Below, piece after piece: positions 9,075-15,315 of a stretch of 42,344 nt of DNA (its first letter is position 1; the number at the start of each line of letters is the position of its first letter). Location: the IMG/VR virus record IMGVR_UViG_3300022917_000018, positions 1 to 42,344 of that record; one strand, written 5' to 3'. The notes under the pieces were generated by a model. It made no database searches and was not told the DNA's origin. It saw nothing but the letters and a program-made list of their open reading frames with translations. The DNA is from a virus. Its lineage: Duplodnaviria; Caudoviricetes. The position numbers and the translations under genes were made by a program.

Positions 9075-9243
9075 CTTCGCTATCTCCCTCATCGCCAAGC
9101 CGGTCTTCGGCAAACTCAATTGCACTGTCGAAGAACTGCGCGGCGCATTCTAAGAACTCTTCTCTCGTTGTAAAGTCGATGTATTCGACCAGATTATCTT
9201 CCTTGCCCATGAAGGCTTGAAGCTTGAACTTGTTAATCTTCAT
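9058..9243 (-). CDS. Small acidic hypothetical protein
   Basis: 61 aa. Confidence 0.65.
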   Translation of the reverse strand: MKINKFKLQAFMGKEDNLVEYIDFTTREEFLECAAQFFDSAIEFAEDRLGDEGDSEDDATD

Positions 9244-9350
9244 TTAACCCCCTGCTTGTGATGACAGCGGAATACGAAGTCACCACACTTTAGACATGTA
9301 ATTGCTTTTACTACTGCGTTTGCCATATATCCCCCCACTCACTTCTGCCG

Positions 9351-9638
9351 TTAAAAAGGTATGTCGTTCATATCAATGGGATCGTCAGTAACTTCTGAGA
9401 TCACATCAGGCTTAGCCTCTTCTGGTTTCTGGTATTCCTCGTGAGGATAGGCATTTACCCATTTGCCCTCAGTTGTTGCCGTAGGATTCAGGTAGATTGT
9501 TACCCTACTCAGATGAGGAGAGTGGTACAGTCTACCTACCGTAACGTAACGGGTCTTTTCTTTACCGTCTTTCGCGGTATACTTACCATCTGGTATTTTC
9601 AGCTCGCCGTAATATACAAGTGGCTTCTTATCGTTCAT
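9351..9638 (-). CDS. Single-stranded DNA-binding protein (SSB-like)
   Basis: Acidic tail ending DIPF; position after recombinase/exonuclease. Confidence 0.7.
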   Translation of the reverse strand: MNDKKPLVYYGELKIPDGKYTAKDGKEKTRYVTVGRLYHSPHLSRVTIYLNPTATTEGKWVNAYPHEEYQKPEEAKPDVISEVTDDPIDMNDIPF

Positions 9639-10324
9639 GATTCCTCCGTGAGTTCAGCTATTAACTTATTAACCTCGATTAGGGTCTCGACTTGCATCTG
9701 TCGCTGCGCCTCGATCTCTTCTAGGATGTCGCTACGTTTGATGACGATCACATGATGCATATACTTGTCGAGGGCTATACGGTCGTCGTAGAGAGTGAAG
9801 TAGAGAGTCTCTAAGTTCTCATTAACAACGAACCCGTCGATTGCCTGTTCCCTATATGATGACTTAGCGTCATTAGGCACTGAATCGATTGGGTTATAGT
9901 CATCTTGTTTTCGGGCGCGCATGTCTTTGATGACATATTTAAGGTGGTTCGCCGAACTCAAGCACTTGGCTTCAGCTACCCATGTAGGCCGATCCGACTT
10001 CTCACAGCCATCTGGTGAGAAGATGATGTCTTCGTTTTCGTCGCTCACCCATACACCTGGGTCAAGATCCATATCTAAGCCATACTTTTCAGCGGTCTTA
10101 GTTAGCGCCTCATCCTCAAGGCGATGGCCTCTATCCATATCTGGCTCGCCGTCGGAAGCGATAGCTATCTTCTCTGCTAACAGCTGCCAAAAGCCCATGG
10201 GTGTTCTGTCCTTGCCCCGTGCGAGGGGCTTCACGATCTTGACTTTCGTGCCAGATATTCGGCCGCGTCGGAAGTCAAGCCATGCTTCTCTATCCTTAGA
10301 CTGGCTTAGGCGTATTATCCGCAT
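9635..10324 (-). CDS. YqaJ-like (lambda-exonuclease family) 5'-3' exonuclease
   Basis: WLDFRRGRISGT, RGHRLE, SPDG, EAKC motifs. Confidence 0.85.
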   Translation of the reverse strand: MRIIRLSQSKDREAWLDFRRGRISGTKVKIVKPLARGKDRTPMGFWQLLAEKIAIASDGEPDMDRGHRLEDEALTKTAEKYGLDMDLDPGVWVSDENEDIIFSPDGCEKSDRPTWVAEAKCLSSANHLKYVIKDMRARKQDDYNPIDSVPNDAKSSYREQAIDGFVVNENLETLYFTLYDDRIALDKYMHHVIVIKRSDILEEIEAQRQMQVETLIEVNKLIAELTEES

Positions 10325-10850
10325 TGAGCTGCTCCTTTAACGCTTTCCTTTTATTTTCTAACTCGTCTTCGCCAATAATATTTACCTCGAAGAAATCTTC
10401 CTGAGAGTAAACATCTGCGAATAGCCCTAGTTCGCTTGCGCATTTCTTCTTGGCATCGGTGGCAGCCGCTTTCACGTCGTTACCAAAGTCAAGTGGCTCT
10501 TGCGTGCCTTTCTTGAAGGCGACTTCCTTGCGGCCATACTGTTCCTTGACAATCCATTGCTCGCCAATGAGCACCTTTAGAGTACCCTTGAGCACGACTG
10601 TCTTAGTCTTTGTAGCCACTTCTAGAGCCTCGGTCATGCTGGTGTCTATGGTGAATGACCAATTAAACCCAAACAAACTGTTCAGCACCTGAGTGACATA
10701 GCCACCTGATACATACTTCCACTGACCGCCACCCTTGGCTGGTCGGAGTTTAACCTTGTCCTCAGGAGTTGTGCTGAAGAACTTCTGTACCTGATCTGTG
10801 GTGAGGTCCGTCTGAACTTTCAGTATCTGGGACGTAGTAGCTGATGCCAT
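10296..10850 (-). CDS. Rad52/Sak-like single-strand annealing recombinase
   Basis: KLRPAKGGG..KYV...VLNSLFGFNWS...KAAATDAKKKCASELG. Confidence 0.8.
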   Translation of the reverse strand: MASATTSQILKVQTDLTTDQVQKFFSTTPEDKVKLRPAKGGGQWKYVSGGYVTQVLNSLFGFNWSFTIDTSMTEALEVATKTKTVVLKGTLKVLIGEQWIVKEQYGRKEVAFKKGTQEPLDFGNDVKAAATDAKKKCASELGLFADVYSQEDFFEVNIIGEDELENKRKALKEQLNADNTPKPV

Positions 10851-11077
10851 TATTCCTGTCTCCCTTCATCGTGCGAGCGCAAAAGCTCCAGACGTTCGTT
10901 AGTATTAAGATGTTCATTGCTACAATCGGGACACCACATATCCTGCAACTCAGCGTCGTAAACAATGCTGTCATGTTGGCAACGGATAGCGAGGTGTAGA
11001 CCTTCTTCGAAGTCGCCTTCGCTCCAGTCATCATCTAGCGCATATGTGGTGGGATGCTCTATTACGTTAATCTTCAT
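10850..11077 (-). CDS. Hypothetical protein with C.H...CPDC motif (start revised to MKINVIE)
   Basis: GGAG RBS before ATG 11077; upstream extension is a hairpin. Confidence 0.65.
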   Translation of the reverse strand: MKINVIEHPTTYALDDDWSEGDFEEGLHLAIRCQHDSIVYDAELQDMWCPDCSNEHLNTNERLELLRSHDEGRQE

Positions 11078-11100
11078 GTCATTCTCCAAGTTATTTGAAG

Positions 11101-11181
11101 ATAGGCAGGAAACTGCCCTGCTGTCGTACATGGCTGCATGCTTATTGGCTCATGTACAGTTCGAGGACAGGTTGCTACCTA
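11101..11181 (-). other. Intergenic long imperfect stem-loop
   Basis: ATAGG/CCTAT closing pair and GTACATG/CATGTAC inner stem. Confidence 0.5.
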
Positions 11182-11206
11182 TCTGTTTGTTATCTATGGT
11201 TATGTG

Positions 11207-11371
11207 TTAGTCAGCCCGTAGCGTATAGGGCCAGTTGTGTTTGTCGTAATAACGCAGCAGCTTCTTCAGCTTGAATTGATACCACTTTGGCTTATCGTAT
11301 ACTGGCGGGCTAAAGCCGAGTGACACAAAGCTGTTTGCTAGTGCTGACACGAGCTTTTCTCCCTTTGCCAT
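11207..11371 (-). CDS. 54-aa hypothetical protein, not in ORF track
   Basis: MAKGEKLVSALANSF...; GGAGG RBS. Confidence 0.7.
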   Translation of the reverse strand: MAKGEKLVSALANSFVSLGFSPPVYDKPKWYQFKLKKLLRYYDKHNWPYTLRAD

Positions 11372-11377
11372 ACATTC

Positions 11378-11397
11378 CTCCATTTAGGGGTTAGTTA
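11378..11397 (-). repeat. Cassette boundary box B, copy 2
   Basis: Identical to 5357-5376. Confidence 0.9.
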
Positions 11398-11570
11398 GTA
11401 AACTTCAGCACGTTGATAAGGTCACCTGACTCGTTCTGGACATTTACGATGACGTGCTTCTTACCCTTGCGGGCTTGAGACTTAGCATAGTGAATCGCTT
11501 TGCCGCGCTCGTGCTCGAACTCTTCTATATCATCATTCTCGCAGGCGACGCTGTAGTAGTACCGTGCCAT
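11391..11570 (-). CDS. 59-aa hypothetical protein, not in ORF track
   Basis: MARYYYSVACENDD...; GGAGG RBS. Confidence 0.75.
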   Translation of the reverse strand: MARYYYSVACENDDIEEFEHERGKAIHYAKSQARKGKKHVIVNVQNESGDLINVLKFTN

Positions 11571-11591
11571 ATCATCCTCCAGGGTTAGTTA
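11563..11591 (-). repeat. Cassette boundary box A, copy 2
   Basis: Identical to 5623-5651. Confidence 0.95.
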
Positions 11592-11717
11592 CTTTTTCTT
11601 ACGTGCTATACAAGGCTCGCCACATTCTTCGCAGAAGTACTTAACCTGTTGGTCTTCCTCGATTCTCACGGGAGCACCGCAACAGTGGCTTTCGTATTTC
11701 GGGTAGGGCCTCTTCAT
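11589..11717 (-). CDS. 42-aa zinc-finger protein, not in ORF track
   Basis: SHCCGA...YFCEECGEPC; GGAGG RBS. Confidence 0.7.
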   Translation of the reverse strand: MKRPYPKYESHCCGAPVRIEEDQQVKYFCEECGEPCIARKKK

Positions 11718-11747
11718 ATATGTGCCTCCAGGGTTAGTTGGTTATAT

Positions 11748-12038
11748 TTAGTTAGCTCTGGCCTTCAAGAGTTCGACGACCATCTCTACGGCTTTATCAC
11801 TAAAGATGATCATGTGACCTGCTTCTCTGCCAGCCGGATAATCGACTTGTGAGTCAGCAGAAATTTCATTCAAGAATTCTTCGGCTTCTTTGTATAACTC
11901 TTCCTTGGATACGTATCCATCGAGGGCAATATCATACCCCTCCCAGTTATCTACACCGGCCGATTCAAGTCGTTGCATTATTGCTTTTGCGTTCTGTAAT
12001 TCCAGGTATTCTTGTTTTGATATAGTCACATTACTCAT
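11748..12038 (-). CDS. Conserved phage protein (LESAGVDNWEGY motif)
   Basis: Motif widespread in phage hypotheticals; GAGGAGG RBS. Confidence 0.8.
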   Translation of the reverse strand: MSNVTISKQEYLELQNAKAIMQRLESAGVDNWEGYDIALDGYVSKEELYKEAEEFLNEISADSQVDYPAGREAGHMIIFSDKAVEMVVELLKARAN

Positions 12039-12060
12039 ACCGGCCTCCTCTTAATTAAAG

Positions 12061-12294
12061 TTACTTATACCAGTTATCATGTTTAAGGGTTACTACCTTA
12101 AAGGCGTATTGATGAACGCAATAGCCCAAAAACCTATGTTTCTCCGGTGCCAGGTGTCCAGTTCTATACTCCACCTCGCTATCTGGGGACTTACCGGTAA
12201 TGTAGAAGTACTTACCTTTAATCCAGGCGCGCGGAGCACCGTCATCTGTTTTCCTGCTGAGCCATACGGAACTAATAGTTAGAACTCGGTTGAT
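12061..12294 (-). CDS. 77-codon ORF with apparent ATC start (or mutated ATG)
   Basis: GAGGAGG RBS 6 nt before ATC; open frame to TAA at 12061; in-frame stop just upstream of the RBS. Confidence 0.5.
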   Translation of the reverse strand: MNRVLTISSVWLSRKTDDGAPRAWIKGKYFYITGKSPDSEVEYRTGHLAPEKHRFLGYCVHQYAFKVVTLKHDNWYK

Positions 12295-12328
12295 GTTACT
12301 CCTCCTCGCTTAAGTTACTTATACTTGC

Positions 12329-12446
12329 TTGAAGACAAATGGCTGCCGCTGCTAACTTACTTCCGTTTACTCCGACTTTCCCGCTTCGGTGAGTCATCGG
12401 CCTAGGGGGCATGTAAGTTGCCGAAGCTGCGGCCAGCTGTCTTCAA
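12329..12446 (-). ncRNA. Structured RNA module 4
   Basis: Closing stem TTGAAGACA/TGTCTTCAA; inner TGGCCGC/GCAGCCA-like and AACTTAC/GTAAGTT stems. Confidence 0.55.
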
Positions 12447-12490
12447 ACTTATCTATTACTACCAGCTGAACCGTCTCTAACGGTGTGTAT

Positions 12491-12610
12491 GGGTAAGAGC
12501 GTATGGTGCTAGTAGCAACTCCTATGAATTGATGGCATTGCCAATGCGTACACTCTTCTCATAAGAACGACTACGCAGACGGTTTACTACCAGCTTCATA
12601 CGCTCTACCC
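12491..12610 (-). ncRNA. Structured RNA module 3 (GTAGAGCGTAT closing stem)
   Basis: GGGTAGAGCGTATG/CATACGCTCTTACCC; second stem has G-U pairs only on the minus strand. Confidence 0.65.
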
Positions 12611-12619
12611 TCCGCTACC

Positions 12620-12829
12620 CTAAAAAACAAGAGTAGCGATAACATTGTCTACGTGTAGATTGAGACCCCAGCCTATAAGGGCTGCAATTGCTAGCAATCC
12701 AACACGATGCTTCTTAGCTACAAACCATAGAATTCGTGTCGTGGACATCTCCGAGATAACCCTGATGCCTGATTTAGTTGGTTTGCTTACTACTTCTGAA
12801 TCTATATATTCTTTGTTGTGTACTAACAT
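12620..12829 (-). CDS. Small membrane protein, first gene of early operon
   Basis: GAAAGGA RBS; hydrophobic VGLLAIAALIGWGL. Confidence 0.7.
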   Translation of the reverse strand: MLVHNKEYIDSEVVSKPTKSGIRVISEMSTTRILWFVAKKHRVGLLAIAALIGWGLNLHVDNVIATLVF

Positions 12830-12877
12830 AGTTAGTCCTTTCTATTTTGTTGTTTGTGTCTGGCGTAGAGCACCCAT

Positions 12878-13013
12878 AGGGAGAGGCAGGGATTTGGACA
12901 GCGTCACCCTGCATGATTTAAGCTCATCCTCCTTGGTGCGCTTTACCTGGATTCTCTCTCGAACAGACTTAAATCTTTCGAGCTTAAGCGTCTACCTATT
13001 CCGCCACTCTCCC
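12878..13013 (-). ncRNA. tRNA-Leu-like scaffold RNA with replaced anticodon arm (module 2)
   Basis: Acceptor GGGAGAG/CTCTCCC, Leu-type D arm TGGCGGAATAGGTAGACGC, T-stem GCAGGG/CCCTGC with enlarged loop, TTAAGCTC/GAGCTTAA enclosing ~50 nt. Confidence 0.75.
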
Positions 13014-13028
13014 TAAAGGGGCTCTACT

Positions 13029-13116
13029 GTAGAGCGTATAGCACTGACACTGAAGCTTACCAATCCGGCCGGCCGCAGCGTTGTCGTAACCTTAGTGCCA
13101 GAGATATACGCTCTAC
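13029..13116 (-). ncRNA. Structured RNA module 1 (GTAGAGCGTATA closing stem)
   Basis: Perfect 12-bp stem 13029-13040/13105-13116 plus GCACT/AGTGC. Confidence 0.65.
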
Positions 13117-13124
13117 TATGTTCA

Positions 13125-13135
13125 AGTTGTAAAAG
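13125..13135 (-). promoter_or_regulatory. boxA-like motif CTTTTACAACT, copy 2
   Basis: 11-bp identity with 13477-13487; resembles rrn/nut boxA. Confidence 0.45.
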
Positions 13136-13296
13136 GGCGCACTTAACCAGAGCTAACCACCATACGTTAGACTTTATGTGCTAGTTTGACCTCAGTCATA
13201 AGTCTACGAAAGTTCTCTTCAGTTACTCTGCGCGCTGGCTCGTAATATGACGAGCAGTCGGGCTTGTTCACTTTGGAACAGGTTTCGTTATCCTGC

Positions 13297-13325
13297 CGAG
13301 GTCATAACCCTTTGTAGTGACCTCG
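13297..13325. repeat. 29-bp dyad site (11-7-11); 23/25 inverted match to 14980-15004
   Basis: CGAGGTCATAA CCCTTTG TAGTGACCTCG. Confidence 0.85.
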
Positions 13326-13333
13326 ATATTAAT

Positions 13334-13363
13334 AAAAAAACCTCTCGTCTTCTAACGAGAGGT
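13334..13363 (-). terminator. Intrinsic terminator downstream of tRNA fragment
   Basis: CCTCTCGT-TAGAAG-ACGAGAGG followed by T7. Confidence 0.85.
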
Positions 13364-13376
13364 GAAAGTTTACTGA

Positions 13377-13431
13377 TGGAGCCGACAGAGGGATTCGAAC
13401 CCACGACCCGCTGTTTACAAAACAGCCGCTC
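13377..13431 (-). other. attP-like 3' portion of tRNA-Thr(UGU)
   Basis: Anticodon arm GCTGT-TTTGTAA-ACAGC, GGTTCGAATCC T-loop, TGTCGGC-T-CCA; no matching 5' acceptor/D stem at the right distance; ~130 bp from integrase stop. Confidence 0.8.
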
Positions 13432-13476
13432 CGTAAACTGACATTGTCTCTGTTAGGAGATGAATATGTTCAGCTT

Positions 13477-13487
13477 AGTTGTAAAAG
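13477..13487 (-). promoter_or_regulatory. boxA-like motif CTTTTACAACT, copy 1
   Basis: ~30 nt downstream of the predicted early TSS; identical to 13125-13135. Confidence 0.45.
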
Positions 13488-13521
13488 ATTCGGCCTCGTC
13501 TGTGCTCGGCTTACTGTCTTA

Positions 13522-13550
13522 ATACTAGCATAACTGTTATGTGATGTCAA
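13522..13550 (-). promoter_or_regulatory. Strong sigma70-type early promoter with palindromic operator-like spacer
   Basis: TTGACA-17-TAGTAT with TG extension; ATAACAGTTAT palindrome in the spacer. Confidence 0.8.
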
Positions 13551-13565
13551 TAGACAAACGATAAG

Positions 13566-14432
13566 CTAGATAGTAGTATAGCTCACTTTGTTCATGGTGT
13601 CATCAAAACTCTTATGCACACGCGTGTTTCTAAAGTGAAGGTAGATCATAGTGGTGTGGATCTTCTCATGCCCAAGTATCTGCTGGGCTTCTTCAATACG
13701 CCCATCGGCCTCTAAATAGGTAGTAGCGCCCGTATGCCGGAGTGTATGCGGTGTTACCTTCTTCTTAATGCCAGCCTTTTCTGCATAGAACTTCACTTTA
13801 CGAGCAACGATAACTCTACTTAATGAATTGCCATCCGGATTCGGGAATAGTGGGCCTGGATCGTTACCCCTTCTCAGCTTAATATAGAGGTCTAGGGCAG
13901 CTTGTGCTTCTTCTGTTATGAATACGGGTCTAGGCTTGCCACCCTTGCCCTTGCGGATGAGTACAGAGCGTTTGTGAACGTCATCGTATTGTATGTTTAT
14001 AAATTCAGTAACACGTACCCAGCTAGTTAGTAAGAAGAGCATCATGGCCTTATCACGGATGTCATCTATGACGGATATAAACTTCTGCGCCTCCTCCATT
14101 TCTAAGAAGTTAGCTTCTTTGTTCCACTCTTCTTTGGGTACTTCTACCTTTTCAGGTTTAATATCTGCTAAGTCCTTTATATATAGGTAGCGTACAAAGC
14201 TGCGTACTGCATTAAGCTTGCAACGGTATGTCTTGGAAGCGTAGTTACGGAGGCTTAGCACATCCGCAAAGTAGTCAACATCATCAATATGCAGCTCAGA
14301 GACAGGCTTGTTGCCTGTTATGTCAGCGAACTGCGCCAATATACCTCTATAGGTATCTATTGTCGTCAGTGACCTGTTTTTGCGCATACGTAAATAGCGC
14401 AGAAAAGCATCAACTGCCTCTGTAGTATTCAT
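13566..14432 (-). CDS. int: Tyrosine integrase/recombinase, XerC/D size, no arm-binding domain
   Basis: Catalytic R (VRVTE), K (KGKGGK), HTLRH, LGH, Y (TTMIY); adjacent tRNA fragment. Confidence 0.92.
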   Translation of the reverse strand: MNTTEAVDAFLRYLRMRKNRSLTTIDTYRGILAQFADITGNKPVSELHIDDVDYFADVLSLRNYASKTYRCKLNAVRSFVRYLYIKDLADIKPEKVEVPKEEWNKEANFLEMEEAQKFISVIDDIRDKAMMLFLLTSWVRVTEFINIQYDDVHKRSVLIRKGKGGKPRPVFITEEAQAALDLYIKLRRGNDPGPLFPNPDGNSLSRVIVARKVKFYAEKAGIKKKVTPHTLRHTGATTYLEADGRIEEAQQILGHEKIHTTMIYLHFRNTRVHKSFDDTMNKVSYTTI

Positions 14433-14447
14433 TTGGTTTAGACTCCG
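14433..14447 (-). promoter_or_regulatory. Integrase RBS box CGGAGTCTAAACCAA
   Basis: Directly precedes ATG; exact inverted copy at 15062-15076. Confidence 0.85.
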
Positions 14448-14595
14448 CCTGTAAGTAATCTTACAGTTATCAATATAGCCTTACATCCTTCCCATTAATA
14501 CAAAAGAAAGATCACATACAAGTAGAACTAGCGTATAGTAGTGTTACGCGCTAGTTTTGCTTGTATTTCTCTCTATTTAATCTATTGGTAACCTT

Positions 14596-14735
14596 TTGTT
14601 CGCTGCCTGTGTACTCTACAATCTTGCTTGTTTTACTAACCTAGTTATTCCTGTTTTCAGAGCATAGATCTAGGCTGGTAGTGTGTTAATAGGAAACAAA
14701 CAAAATTGTAAAAGTACAAAGGCAACAGCGAGCAA
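14596..14735. other. ~140-nt rod-like imperfect hairpin
   Basis: TTGTTCGCTG/CAGCGAGCAA, TGTACT/AGTACA, TACAAT/ATTGTA, TTGTTT/AAACAA in register. Confidence 0.7.
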
Positions 14736-14904
14736 TGCCATCTATTGGTTTAACCTGTTGATGGCGTAAGGTTACGTACCCTCACGTAATTGCTCACTTC
14801 CCTTATTCCCGTCCTCATCACATGAGTCTGAGTGTGGCGTACCGGCATTAACGCACCCGGTACTTTAAAGTGTCGCGAAATCCGCACATTATGCTTGACA
14901 AATG

Positions 14905-15006
14905 AAAAAACCTCGTTCGGAATTTCTCCAAAACGAGGCATTTTTCGTGGTTTTGTCACTACAATAATGCCTCGGATACCGAGGTCACTACAGCGGGTTA
15001 TGACTA
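14905..15006 (-). ncRNA. Candidate sRNA-A (~100 nt)
   Basis: Promoter TTGTAA-17-(TG)TACACT at ~15012-15040; terminator CCTCGTT...AACGAGG-T6 at 14905-14938; no credible ORF. Confidence 0.55.
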
Positions 15007-15044
15007 GCAACTAGTGTATCAGATAGTGGTCTAGATTACAAGTT

Positions 15045-15152
15045 AGGACACTCCCCTAGAACGGAGTCTAAACCAATCAGCAAAGCTCGCGCCTTGTTTT
15101 CGGGAAGTGCCCCTTCCTCAGCGCGATGAGATTACAGAGATTGGTTTAGACT
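15045..15152 (-). ncRNA. Candidate sRNA-B
   Basis: TGcTAGGAT extended -10 just upstream; 14-bp closing stem AGTCTAAACCAATC/GATTGGTTTAGACT; inner CGCGC/GCGCG stem. Confidence 0.55.
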
Positions 15153-15180
15153 TATATTATCCTAGCATATTAGGTATATA

Positions 15181-15315
15181 CTACTTCAAGTCTTTTTTAA
15201 AAAAGATAGCGTGACAGTTATTGCACTCGACCTCTTCAGTGGGTTTAGTACCCTTTTCAATGACTATAGCGTGTACGCCGCAGTTTAGACAGGCTTTAAG
15301 GTTGATCTTTGGCAT
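15181..15315 (-). CDS. 44-aa zinc-ribbon protein, not in ORF track
   Basis: MPKINLKACLNCG...ECNNCH; AGGAG RBS; own TGcTACAAT promoter at 15347-15355. Confidence 0.7.
   Translation of the reverse strand: MPKINLKACLNCGVHAIVIEKGTKPTEEVECNNCHAIFFKKDLK

Noticed and set aside
12360-12405. Hammerhead ribozyme (CCGATGA...GAAA)
   Set aside because: Core deviates from CUGANGA and stems I/III with an NUH site could not be built.
5357-13116. CRISPR or TIGR-type array from the short repeats
   Set aside because: Repeats are irregularly spaced, separated by genes or hairpins, and no Cas or Nop-domain gene is recognisable.
13247-13441. Plus-strand ORF crossing attP as a repressor (integration-dependent immunity type)
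   Set aside because: MEPTEGFEPTT is the usual antisense-tRNA shadow; no HTH and no RBS; overlaps structured RNA.
13377-13510. Complete or intron-containing tRNA-Thr
   Set aside because: Upstream GCCGA pentamers (13494, 13510) do not give a 7-bp acceptor or D stem; a 3' fragment next to an integrase is better explained as attP.
14750-15014. 86-aa and 60-aa ORFs in the control region
   Set aside because: No RBS, run through terminator and repeats, no recognisable motif.
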